A stretch of 64,000 bases of DNA from an uncultured Planctomycetaceae bacterium (lineage in GTDB: Bacteria > Planctomycetota > Planctomycetia > Planctomycetales > Planctomycetaceae): positions 52,533 to 116,532 of the forward strand of contig CAJWGB010000001.1 in the NCBI GenBank assembly GCA_913031625.1, read 5' to 3'. The notes below the pieces were generated by a model. The model was not told the origin of the DNA and made no database searches. It was given only the letters and a program-made list of their open reading frames with translations. Within the stretch, counting starts at the first letter, position 1, and each line of letters starts with the position of its first letter. Both the position numbers and the translations under genes were made by a program. Shown here piece after piece: positions 37,401-45,339 of the stretch.

Positions 37401-39147
37401 TCTTTACGAGTCGGCTATACCACGTCGCAGCTGTCCCTCGCTGGTCGCCCTTCGCGTAGTGCTGGTGGTAATAGCCATGGTCCCACAGCACGTACCGTTG
37501 AAGGTCCTTCGGCATTGAATTGAACAGGCGGGGCTCCAGGAGTTGTGTTCGAATCTGAGCGTCTCGCGCGTCGTATGGGCCGCGTTTGATCTGCTGCACC
37601 AGAGAAACGACCGGATCTTTGTCATCCTGCTGCAGTCGAGCCTGAACCAGATCAGCGCGCGCCTTCAGGTCCTTGTTGCGACGAGCATTCTTGGCCCAGT
37701 TCCCGGGGTACTGCCGGAAGTTCGACCAATGGATGTGATTCCGTCGTGCAGTGGCGATCAGATTCAGGTCATTCCGGAATTCTCCATCTGACTCCGCGCC
37801 ACTCAGCAGGAATGAAATCGCGTTCCATGCGTAACCGTCGTTGGTCGGAGACTTCTGCAGAAACTCGCGCGCCATCTGCTTCGCTTTCGCATTATCTTTC
37901 ATGCGGTCGCGATACACGGAGAACGCCAGCTGATACCGCAGAACCCAAACGGCTTTCGGATTCTTTGCAATGGCTTCCCGCAGTGCCTTTTCTGTGTCCT
38001 GCAGCTGGGCAGGTTCCGAGCCATTCAGCTGAATGAACAGTGAGGCTGTGTTGTGGGCTTCCGGCGCAGCGGACAGCAGTGTTCGAAACAGCTGGAGTGC
38101 CCGCGCCTGATTCTTGTCGCGATTCCATGCAACGGCCAGCAGAGCAACTCGCTCGTAACGGTCATCGCGGTTCTTGTAGCGATTCAGATACTCCTTCACG
38201 ACCGGTTCGAGCTGACCTGCAGGAAGGGCTGCATCATACATTCGCTGAATCTGGTAGTAGTGTGCCGACTGGTCGTCCCGGATCTTCCGCGCCTGCTTCA
38301 GCATCTCAGCGGCGTTTGAGTGTTGCCCCGTGTAGCCATAGTTGTCCGCCATGGTGCGAAGCACTTCGCGTTTTTCTTCAGCATCCCGCAGCAGACCGGA
38401 TCGCAGCAGTTTGTTGCCGACCGTATTGGCTTCTGCCCACTTGCTGATTCGTCGCCATTGAGCATACGCCCTCAGACCCGCACGTTTGGCATAGTCATCC
38501 TTCGGGAGTCGGTCGAACATTTCCTCAGCCAGCGTGGCTTCCAGCGCGATGCCATCGTTGCCACTCTGTGAATACAGACGGCAGGCATGCTCGGCAAACT
38601 TTCGTCCCTGCGGATTGGCCTGACGCTGCCAGCGTGACTGATAAACCTCAGCGGCATCCTGATTTTCACCCAGCTTTTCGAGAATTGCTGCCAGTCGTTC
38701 TTCGACAGAAGCTCCTTCTGCCGCTTTGGAATACCGACTGAGAAACTGTCGGGCGATGACTGTGAATTCACGATTCCGTGAAAGTGCCTCCAGGCCATCC
38801 ATCAGCTGCAGCATCACTGTGGGGTGACGTGGATGAGACGGATGGGCGGAAACAAATCGCTGGCTCGATCGCACGAGGCCGAACACCAGGCCGTTGTCGT
38901 AATAAAGATTGGTGAGACGAATCAGGACATCACCGGCTTCCGGAGCCGTGTCTTTGTACTTCCCAAGTTCCGCCTCCAGGGCAGACGCCTGCTGAGAGAT
39001 CTCGTCAACGGTATCGGTGGAGTCTTCCTGCGCGACAGCAGGCAGTGTAAGACCGACAGTACATACGGCAACAGCAGCGGCACAGCGAAGAATCGACTGC
39101 GTTCGTGCAGCGCAGAATGCGGTCGAGGAGAATTGGAAGTGCTTCAT
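31417..39147 (-). CDS. Giant (2576 aa) secreted TPR protein with repeated Ig-like modules and discoidin (F5/8)-like, PA14-like and CBM6/35-like domains
   Basis: Sec-like signal ending PAVAQE, long helical/TPR N-half, five 'D.D...ET...SG.F.G...GD.I...Y.D'-type modules, and a C-terminal TPR run. The start overlaps the upstream stop (TAATG). Confidence 0.88.
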   Translation of the reverse strand: MKHFQFSSTAFCAARTQSILRCAAAVAVCTVGLTLPAVAQEDSTDTVDEISQQASALEAELGKYKDTAPEAGDVLIRLTNLYYDNGLVFGLVRSSQRFVSAHPSHPRHPTVMLQLMDGLEALSRNREFTVIARQFLSRYSKAAEGASVEERLAAILEKLGENQDAAEVYQSRWQRQANPQGRKFAEHACRLYSQSGNDGIALEATLAEEMFDRLPKDDYAKRAGLRAYAQWRRISKWAEANTVGNKLLRSGLLRDAEEKREVLRTMADNYGYTGQHSNAAEMLKQARKIRDDQSAHYYQIQRMYDAALPAGQLEPVVKEYLNRYKNRDDRYERVALLAVAWNRDKNQARALQLFRTLLSAAPEAHNTASLFIQLNGSEPAQLQDTEKALREAIAKNPKAVWVLRYQLAFSVYRDRMKDNAKAKQMAREFLQKSPTNDGYAWNAISFLLSGAESDGEFRNDLNLIATARRNHIHWSNFRQYPGNWAKNARRNKDLKARADLVQARLQQDDKDPVVSLVQQIKRGPYDARDAQIRTQLLEPRLFNSMPKDLQRYVLWDHGYYHQHYAKGDQRGTAATWYSRLVKMYPENFEYRYRYLQAASDYSPPEVAKEAALTMMSVDPPTNNQDVWRRLLSVADRNEDADLVRRAVAYIRKSHQLHGKEYQGMTGVGNLFEKLKQHDEAVAIWKETSEQKQNLTEARDSASQLFQQLEDPARRAAFAQKFFAGSTPNHGRYAMWLADSQLRAGNLDQFEKTLRESRKRADDRPFETWDADPTSLSNMLYSFRTSNEAYRAKPEEENTPADIARVATVIRDMQVDWPSAQGELMLLEELEGQKPMERALAWQRVTRKVAPDSHRWDQLVPFAQRAITREDYSIAATLLTGMLENISAATESRKEQGRAMIGQCYTRLGTVGLTIDESSPIAPLLRAALYLRLGDENLALETWLANKDLFDQHRLEVPVDLLIFVCDNLMAAGGDENHNKVEDTLRTWIIKNSESESIQDATKAEIQFLLAKNFYSAKRFDVARSEYTTVMNRYSESPFAVEAEFGIGETYMAQKVYDQAETVFEKLANSRDPEIIVRAEFLRGVLSHRRGDNDEARKIFRNVLERVPSIDLANKALFSLSEVYGDEERYMDQLQLLMTVGRLGRVSKRQHAPGLPLSIVVQDSDLGISRGHNRVPVIVRTEPGNDEELIYLSSGGAGKGVFRADVDTLLGPVAKGDGILQLTGNDVIRCDYPEKFKSEFKSVPLSDVEIRIAADAEFKIASSLIIDEKEETFSERLEREAREREQASQRQADRRPSNQIKPGNPIYLRVKDADRDLGDERDTIVAKLVADSGDQVQVSLTETDPHSGIFEGTAKSGELPAGALASDTAIDHSPLMAIDKDPNSYWQSEPDGATPKSLTVDMKDLRSISRAKFSVPEELENRPVRAALQASYDGEFWYRVAGHPAVPEALPVAEDYGQMSYRLYDSNTTSYTTWQQVLSLAAGEPMESGAVEDGHLEWVRPEDKEDAPRYVTMIWYGKFVQPRPGAVRFSIQGYRTAIAINGQLERSVIQGNQTVDVWLEQGVHDLTFFASAHPNTNRLAVSRARSDLNQQRIALSPFLSSDFDLTQPAAQIELDEAAAAAPAVTLQLADVELQKKTEQFGVTEQGEMQVLGSWQDLEDRATWTSNVPAGVYDVWFNWSHGGGGGSGFTLSVGESTLEGTVTNTGSWQKFQEDRVGTVIVDSDGELQIGIQPDEIVGGGLMGLAGVELRPAQGSRTVVTEDAWEFRFEPVNVRYTRFLIEEYLGEAVAVSHVEISGDDIEKPYIPTEADVLALSQNDVLEIAGGDIVNATYTDEVTQANSGGSRLLTDRLQATYFDAQVSPIAYTFVRGGNGAVNNVRKRLKRVDPGERLIVEIVDYDRDQTSSPDQVLFEVSVNDGEPIQFAATETEEYSGIFTKEVDTSAKVEEGKLTVKRGDRIYLRYYDEQNTFPGHSVPREDVVYVNEPTDAKVQFLESRAIPVSEGRNGPVRVTYHERPEEADVSSVAFEAPLTVEVIDPDAAKDSLSEVVVSVTTSDGATADVRCVISGAFSDVPNSGASDWALEEGRFIGQVVLQLGSKTSPEIVPVTPDMPRGLIGGGVMEDEEEGVMLDDSLVTRVLNVTGRDEILASYLDEVRTDDKPQPVDDAGRLISNGVLACTDRDYDKPITQLHVGEKLYLVVTDADQDSSDERDSVDLIVTTEFGEKETVTLVETLVHSGVFTGSFALKSSEEPTAGNLQPGEPEIECYFGDTLHVAYVDSAASSESGTLELSEDIPVVIGTDGLVAAFSKTFNNEKLAVETRFHIAESYFELFKSHRELGRSEEERVDLDAGRRILREVMEDYPDPKYVPRVSYLLGQFAQELASYPEAIDSYEMIVRQFPDHPLAADAQYKLAQSYEESGDFDEALEAYVTLAATYPRSPLIASVMIRICDHFYKAEEYDIAAQVGEKFLERFEGHQHAARIAFRIGQCSYKAEEFKDAGLAFDRFSKLFPEDDLAADALFWSGESYRMAKDDREAFRRYNRCRWDFPESESARYSRGRLALPEMLQQFEAEARSVEDQ

Positions 39148-41423
39148 TATCCACCTGCCTGCGAAAGGGCTTCGGAGATTTTTTTGGCGTCGCTGGCGAG
39201 GCTGCTTTCCGGGTAGTCGGCGATCAGCTGATCGAACCGAACCCTGGCTTCCGTTTTGCGCCCCATGCGATAAAGGCAGCGACCATAATTGAACAGAATG
39301 ACGTCCAGAAAGCGGGCGTCCGGGTAACTGGACAGAACCGTCTCAAAGGTATCCACGGCTCGTGAATAGTCCTTCTGGCGATAGTAGTAGTTGGCCATCT
39401 GGGCGACGGCTTCACCGACGCGGCCGCTATCCGGGAACTGATCGAAAACCTTCTTGTATTCCTGAAAAGCGCGGTCGTGGAGCTGAGTCGCGCGAGCTCC
39501 CTCAGTGCCATCCGCCATGGCTGTGTAACACTCGGCAATGCCGAACTGAGCTTCACCGCGCAGCTGACTGGACTCCATTCTCACCAGACGGGAAAACACG
39601 CCGATCGCGCGATTGAGGTCTCCCTGCCTGCGAGCCACCTCCGCCAGCTGCAGCAGTGCATCATCGACGAAGCCACTATTGGGGAAGTCACGCTGAAGAC
39701 GCTGAGCCATTGCGGCGGCCAGTTCGAGGCGGTCCATCTCGAAATAAATGCGCCACAGCTGCACGTAGGTTTCTTCCAGCAGGCGACCACCCAGCTGTTG
39801 CGCTTCAGACATGATCTCCTCACACAGCACCAGAGCCTGGTCGTACTTCACGTCTGCGTTGTCTTTGAGCCCAAACTCCTTGTAGCGATTCCCGATGTTT
39901 GTCAGGGCGTCTGCCGTCTTGAGTCGCGTGCGCACGCGGAGTTCTCGGTCAGAGATTCGCGAACGCGTGACACGAACACCGCCCAGATTTCCTTCGATGC
40001 AGCGAGCATCCACCTGAGTGACCTTCGGGGCATCTGTTGTGTTGAGACTGTCTTCGTAAACCAGGCGAACGAAGTCGCCCGGCAGAGCCTGCAGCGTATC
40101 GTCATCAGAAATCGTCTCTTCGCTGCGAATCAGCTGCACAGTCGCTCGAAACACGCCCGTATGAACGGCGTCATCGCCCACCACGATTTCGGGAGTGTCC
40201 TCTTCCGGAGCCGATTCGTCCTTCGACTTATTGAAATTCTCCAGCTGTTGTTGAATCTGAGCTTCAACCAGTCGAATCTCAACGCGATCCACAACGCGGT
40301 AACGTTCGATCTCGGGAAGATCTTCAGATTCTGCATCTTCTGCCTGAGCCAGAGCGATCGCTTCGGCTTCCAGCTCTTCGTCCGTTTTTGCCCGATGGAC
40401 TTCGACGAATGCTGAGATCTGATCCGCCTTGTCTGTGACATCACGATCCGCGTCGGCTGTCTGAATGTTAATCGCTTTGCCAAGGACGACTCCCTGTAGC
40501 GTTTCGCTGAAGGCTCCATCCATAATTGATGTGACTGCGTCGCCAACAACACTGACTTCATGTTTCACTTCACGGTTGAATTGCTTGTCGGCTGTGTGTT
40601 CGTCGACATAGGTCACGCTGACGGAATCATCACCGCGAATTTCGAGAGTGCCGTTGCCAGGCACAGGGCGCCCCAGTCGAGTCGCCACACTTCCAAGAAC
40701 GATTCGTACGTTGCGGCCCACGGGAAAACACTCTACCAGCTCGATGTCTCCGCTGGCCGCCTCGCAGCGAATTTTGACATGGCGACCGGACTCCAGAGCG
40801 GCGAGGTCTGCGTCTTCGATTTTGACGAACAGTCGCTTGCCCGCTTCGACTTTTCTAATTTGACTGTCTTCGGAAGACAGGGCAGTGCCCACCTTTTCCA
40901 GGGCAGCGATTGCCCGGCTGTAGTGCCCCAGCTGAAAGTGCCCGAGACCGATGTAGTAGTACGCCTGATTGACGTGTTCACTCACCGGGAACTTCTCGAT
41001 GACATCCCGCATCACCTGAAAGCATTTTCCGAAGTTGCGGGCTTCGTAGAAGCACATGCCCATTTTCAGAGTGGCCTCGGCTCGCTGATCTTCATCTCGG
41101 TTTTCTTCCGAAGCGACGGACTCGTAGTGCACACGAGCCTTCTCAAAGGAACGATCTCGCTCAAGGAAGTAGTTCCCCAGCCGCATATGCGCAAGGAATC
41201 GAACCCGGCTGCGCGGATAACGTTCGATAACTGACTCCCAGACTTCCACCGCCTTGGCGGTTTCTTCTGCCTCCAGTCGAGCATCACCGGCTTCGACCAG
41301 CTTGCGCGCGGCTCGGTCTTCAATCAGTGAGCCGCGAGGAGGTGGAGATCGAGGAGTCTCCTGAGCGGAGAGGGGACACAGGACCAGCAACGCCGGAATG
41401 GCGAGGAGTGTGGTGAGTCGCAT
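39147..41423 (-). CDS. Secreted TPR protein (758 aa) with two Ig-like modules
   Basis: Signal MRLTTLLAIPALLVLCPLSAQE, N- and C-terminal TPR runs, and central VKIEDADL...GDDSVSVTYVD and IQTADADRD...GDFVRLVYED modules. Confidence 0.88.
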   Translation of the reverse strand: MRLTTLLAIPALLVLCPLSAQETPRSPPPRGSLIEDRAARKLVEAGDARLEAEETAKAVEVWESVIERYPRSRVRFLAHMRLGNYFLERDRSFEKARVHYESVASEENRDEDQRAEATLKMGMCFYEARNFGKCFQVMRDVIEKFPVSEHVNQAYYYIGLGHFQLGHYSRAIAALEKVGTALSSEDSQIRKVEAGKRLFVKIEDADLAALESGRHVKIRCEAASGDIELVECFPVGRNVRIVLGSVATRLGRPVPGNGTLEIRGDDSVSVTYVDEHTADKQFNREVKHEVSVVGDAVTSIMDGAFSETLQGVVLGKAINIQTADADRDVTDKADQISAFVEVHRAKTDEELEAEAIALAQAEDAESEDLPEIERYRVVDRVEIRLVEAQIQQQLENFNKSKDESAPEEDTPEIVVGDDAVHTGVFRATVQLIRSEETISDDDTLQALPGDFVRLVYEDSLNTTDAPKVTQVDARCIEGNLGGVRVTRSRISDRELRVRTRLKTADALTNIGNRYKEFGLKDNADVKYDQALVLCEEIMSEAQQLGGRLLEETYVQLWRIYFEMDRLELAAAMAQRLQRDFPNSGFVDDALLQLAEVARRQGDLNRAIGVFSRLVRMESSQLRGEAQFGIAECYTAMADGTEGARATQLHDRAFQEYKKVFDQFPDSGRVGEAVAQMANYYYRQKDYSRAVDTFETVLSSYPDARFLDVILFNYGRCLYRMGRKTEARVRFDQLIADYPESSLASDAKKISEALSQAGG

Positions 41424-41449
41424 GGAAGTGAGCAGTTCAGGAAGGAAGA

Positions 41450-41479
41450 CGAACGGGACCGTCTAAGCCGGTCCGTTCG
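41450..41479 (-). terminator. Possible weak terminator/processing hairpin between DUF1501 and the TPR genes
   Basis: CGAACGGGACCG / CGGTCCGTTCG stem with one bulge, followed by pyrimidine-rich TCTTCCTTCC on the minus strand. Confidence 0.35.
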
Positions 41480-41597
41480 CAGTTGGTTTTCCAGGCATCC
41501 CGCCTGTGAATACTGCCTGAAGTTTCAGGCAGCTGCCCCTCCTTCCCTGAGTGTGCTCATTCGAACCACGCGGGGCATCTGTGTAACAATACGGGAA

Positions 41598-42857
41598 TCA
41601 GGCGAACAGCTCGGACACAACCTCACCGCCATCAACCAGTTTCATTGGTCGGGCCAGACGTGTGATTACTTCCTTTTCCGGGTCGATTCCCAAAGCGTGA
41701 CAGAAGGTCGCGTGCAGGTCGGCGACCTGAACAGGACGCTGGTCTGGCTGCTCGCCGTTTTCATCAGAAGAGCCAATGACCTGCCCTGCCGCAGTTCCCC
41801 CGCCGGCAACAAAGCAACTGAAGACGGCCGGATAGTGGTCACGACCGGCATTCATGTTGATACGCGGCGTACGACCAAACTCACTGAGCATAATGACCAG
41901 TGTCTTTTCCAGTTTGCCGGACTCAGCAAGGTCTTCAATCAGTGATGCCAGCGCCGGGTCCATGACTTCGCCATGGTTCCTCATCGCGGGGAAGTTCTGG
42001 CTGTGTGTGTCGAAGCCGCCACGATTGACCTGGACGAATCGAACACCGGTTTCCACAAGCTGTTTCGCGACAAGGGCACCACGACCAAACGCCGTGTCAC
42101 CGTATCGGTTCAGCGTGGCCGTCGGGACTTTGTCCAGTTCGAATGCCTGCAAAGCAGGGCTTCGCATCAGCCGAACAGCATCGTTGATGGATGTCTGTGT
42201 CGCTTTGAGCGCTTCGTTGCGATTGCCGGTTGCAAACCGTTTGTTGAAGCGAGCCAGTCGATCAAGGCGAGCATTGCCGCGTTCCTGAGTGATTCCTTCC
42301 GGGAAGGACAGGTAGGGATCTTTGTCGCCGGGGCCACCGACGAAATAGGCTTCGCATGACTGACCAAGGTAGCCGGCTCGAGGAGCACGTCCGGAGATGG
42401 AAACATAAGCCGGCAGGTCACCCATCTTTTCCTTTTCATGAGTGACGATCGATCCAAATCCAGGGTGAATCAGATTCCCGGACTGGTTGTAGCTCGTCTG
42501 CAGGTTATAGGTTGCGCGGCCATGAGCTCCCTGAGTTCCGGCAATGGAACGAATCAGTGAGCAGTGGTGCATCTGCTTTGCGAGGTTCGGAAAGATCTCG
42601 GACAGCTGGATGCCGGGGACGGAAGTCTCAATGGCTTCGAACTCTCCCTGAGTGGGACGCCCGGGTTTGGGGTCCCAGGTATCGATATGCGACATACCGC
42701 CACCATTCCAGAACAGAATGACGTGTTCTGCTTTGGGAGCGTGAGAGGTGCCTTCCATCGCCAGCAACTGACGCAGAGGAAACCCGAGGAAAGTTGCTCC
42801 GGCAGCCATTCCGCCGATCATTGCCCGTCGGCTCATTTGGTGTTCAAGGCCAGACAT
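41598..42857 (-). CDS. DUF1501 domain protein (Tat-like leader)
   Basis: MSRRAMIGG, ILFWNGGGMSHIDTWDPKP, GVRFVQV, GGFDTH and SEFGRTPRIN...GRDH. Confidence 0.93.
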   Translation of the reverse strand: MSGLEHQMSRRAMIGGMAAGATFLGFPLRQLLAMEGTSHAPKAEHVILFWNGGGMSHIDTWDPKPGRPTQGEFEAIETSVPGIQLSEIFPNLAKQMHHCSLIRSIAGTQGAHGRATYNLQTSYNQSGNLIHPGFGSIVTHEKEKMGDLPAYVSISGRAPRAGYLGQSCEAYFVGGPGDKDPYLSFPEGITQERGNARLDRLARFNKRFATGNRNEALKATQTSINDAVRLMRSPALQAFELDKVPTATLNRYGDTAFGRGALVAKQLVETGVRFVQVNRGGFDTHSQNFPAMRNHGEVMDPALASLIEDLAESGKLEKTLVIMLSEFGRTPRINMNAGRDHYPAVFSCFVAGGGTAAGQVIGSSDENGEQPDQRPVQVADLHATFCHALGIDPEKEVITRLARPMKLVDGGEVVSELFA

Positions 42858-42924
42858 GTGTGACTCCTTGTAGTTCCGGTTGAGTGGTTGCGGCCGGTGA
42901 GGCCATGGTGGGTGTTAAAGTCGG

Positions 42925-45081
42925 TCAGGGAAGGAAACGAAATTCGTCGCAGTTCAGCAACAGCCATCGCAGGTCAGCCATGCCTTCCAGCTGGCTGTTT
43001 CCTTCATTCACAATCGTCAGTGCTTCTGCCTGTTCTTCGGCAGTGGGAAGTCGTGTCAGAATTTCCTGATAAGCCAGCTGAACAGCCGCCTGTGGATCGG
43101 CATTTTCGCCAATTAGCAGCTGGTGAACCGGTTCAAGACTGCCGACTCGCGAGGCTTCGTGCGTCAGTCGTCCGTTCAGCATCATCAGTGCCTGCCGCAT
43201 CGAGGGGCTGTTGTCACGATGCTCGCCCAGCTGCGTTCGGTCGGTTTGACCAAACACTCGCAGGAAATGCTCAGGCGCAGCGGGGGATGCCATGCGAAAC
43301 GATGAGGAGAACTTAGGGTTATCATCCACAGTCGTTTTCACGAATCGGTCGATGAACTCAACATTACGGCGTTCCTGGTCTTCCTGCTGCATTCGCATGG
43401 CTTCGAGTTCTTCGCGGGACATGACCTGCATCTTTTCGATGCTGACCGATTCCTGACCTGCTGACTGGGACTTCTTCAGAACAGAATCGAAGTCGAGTTC
43501 GATGGCAGACTCGAGGTTGTACGATGGACGGCCATCGGGTGTCTTCGCCTTCATCTCCATTTTGGGTTCGGAGTTGCCTGCTGCCAGACTGCGGTCTTCA
43601 ACAACGGCTTCCGCCTCTTCCATTTCTTTTGCGACACGTGACTGCTGCCACATGACTCGCAGGTTCTGGCCGGCTGCGTGTTTGACTTCAAACAGATGCC
43701 CGGCAGTCACGATGCTGTCGTAAATGACTTCACTCGGCATTCGCCTGGCGGCTGTGGCCGCAAACGCTTCTTCGAGTTCCGCCTGTGTGGCTTCATCGAC
43801 GCCACGAGCATGTGCTCTCTGGTAAGGCTCACTGGCGATAATTGTCCTGATCAGAGATTTCAGGTCGTACCCTGACGCGACGAACTCCTCAGCGAGAAAG
43901 TTCAGTGTCTTTGGATGCGTCGGAGGATTGCTCTCACTGAAGTCATCTACCGGTTCCACAATTCCTCGTCCAATGAGGTGTCCCCATACGCGGTTTACGA
44001 ATGCTCGGGAGAAGTAGGTATTCCTGGGGTCAGTGACGAGGTCTGCCAGTTCGCTGCGTAACTCACTTTCGGACGCCATGCCTGCATTGATCTTCAGTCG
44101 TCGAGCATCTCGCTTGGCCTCTGACGCCACATCGAATGAATTCTCTCTGCCGCCTCGTGCCGCCTTGTCGACCTTGTCGTCCAGAGCGGACAGAATGTCA
44201 TCAACGGATGGCCCTTTGGGTTGGCTGTCAGTGCTGCTGACGAGCGAGTCGCGAAGACGATCCAGTCGCTGGATGTATTCCGCGTCAGAAGACTTAGCGA
44301 GTGTAAACAGAAACTGTGGCTTCAACGGTTTTCGTTCTGCGTCGTCAGACATACCTTCCGGCGGCCACAGAACGGTCGACTGACTGGTGTCTGTTGTGTA
44401 GATCGTGTTGGTGAATCGAGTTTCCATACGACGGGTTTTGCCGAAGTAGGCTGCCAGGGAGTAGAAGTCCTTCTGAGTCCACTTGTCGAAAGGATGATCG
44501 TGGCACTGTGCGCACGCGACTCGGATTCCCATAAACACCTGAGCGGTTGCGCCGGCCAGAGCCATTGGGTCAGCATTATCACCGAGAATGAATCCGACTT
44601 CCGGAGTCGCCCCCGCCTTGCCGTTGGCAGAAATGAATCGATAGGCAAGCTGGTCGTATGGCGTGTTTTCTCTCACTGCCTTATGAACCCAGGCAATAGC
44701 AGCGGACCCTCCATCGGCGTTGGAACGCAGCCGCAGCATGTCGGCGTAGAAGACGGTCCATGTGTCTGCAAACCGTTCTGACTCGAGCAGCTTCTCGACA
44801 ATCTCAGCCCGCCGGGTTGTCGCATCCAGCTTTTCGAATGCGCGGATTTCGTCCAGTGTGGGAATTCGACCGATCAGATCGACGTAGACGCGACGCAGAA
44901 AGGCATGGTCATCAGCAATTGGTGCCGGCTGCTGGCTGAATCCGTTCTCCGCGTTTTCGCTTTTCAGAACGGACGAGAGCTGCTTCGCAGTTTCTTCGCC
45001 GGGCGAAGTCGGAATGACCGTAACCAGAACCGCCATCAGGGACAAAAACGAGGCAGTACGACGAATGAAGGGTCTGACCAT
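42925..45081 (-). CDS. DUF1549/DUF1553 domain protein
   Basis: FLRRVYVDLIGRIPT, CAQCHDHPFDKWTQKDFYSLAAYF, VNRVWGHLIGRGIVEPVDDF, QALMMLNG and ILTRLPT. Confidence 0.92.
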   Translation of the reverse strand: MVRPFIRRTASFLSLMAVLVTVIPTSPGEETAKQLSSVLKSENAENGFSQQPAPIADDHAFLRRVYVDLIGRIPTLDEIRAFEKLDATTRRAEIVEKLLESERFADTWTVFYADMLRLRSNADGGSAAIAWVHKAVRENTPYDQLAYRFISANGKAGATPEVGFILGDNADPMALAGATAQVFMGIRVACAQCHDHPFDKWTQKDFYSLAAYFGKTRRMETRFTNTIYTTDTSQSTVLWPPEGMSDDAERKPLKPQFLFTLAKSSDAEYIQRLDRLRDSLVSSTDSQPKGPSVDDILSALDDKVDKAARGGRENSFDVASEAKRDARRLKINAGMASESELRSELADLVTDPRNTYFSRAFVNRVWGHLIGRGIVEPVDDFSESNPPTHPKTLNFLAEEFVASGYDLKSLIRTIIASEPYQRAHARGVDEATQAELEEAFAATAARRMPSEVIYDSIVTAGHLFEVKHAAGQNLRVMWQQSRVAKEMEEAEAVVEDRSLAAGNSEPKMEMKAKTPDGRPSYNLESAIELDFDSVLKKSQSAGQESVSIEKMQVMSREELEAMRMQQEDQERRNVEFIDRFVKTTVDDNPKFSSSFRMASPAAPEHFLRVFGQTDRTQLGEHRDNSPSMRQALMMLNGRLTHEASRVGSLEPVHQLLIGENADPQAAVQLAYQEILTRLPTAEEQAEALTIVNEGNSQLEGMADLRWLLLNCDEFRFLP

Positions 45082-45339
45082 GAGGAAGGCCTCTGATTCA
45101 TTCAGAAGGTGGGAAATACAACAAGAGAGGAGCTATATTGTCCATAAATGTGCAATAAACGCCAGTTCACATTGGGATTGAGAGGAAAAACAGCAGGGCT
45201 GCAAATACTGACTTGTGATACGCCCCGCAGGCCCCCATTCCCCCCGTTATGTCGTTTCGTTTGTGACCCTGGATTTTGTTACAATATCCAGAATTGAACG
45301 CTCCCCGATAACGTCCGCCCCATTTCCACAGGATTTTCA

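Noticed and set aside
45151-45165. TGGC...TTGCA on the minus strand upstream of the big cluster, considered as a sigma-54 promoter
   Set aside because: GG-to-GC spacing is two bases short of the strict -24/-12 requirement.
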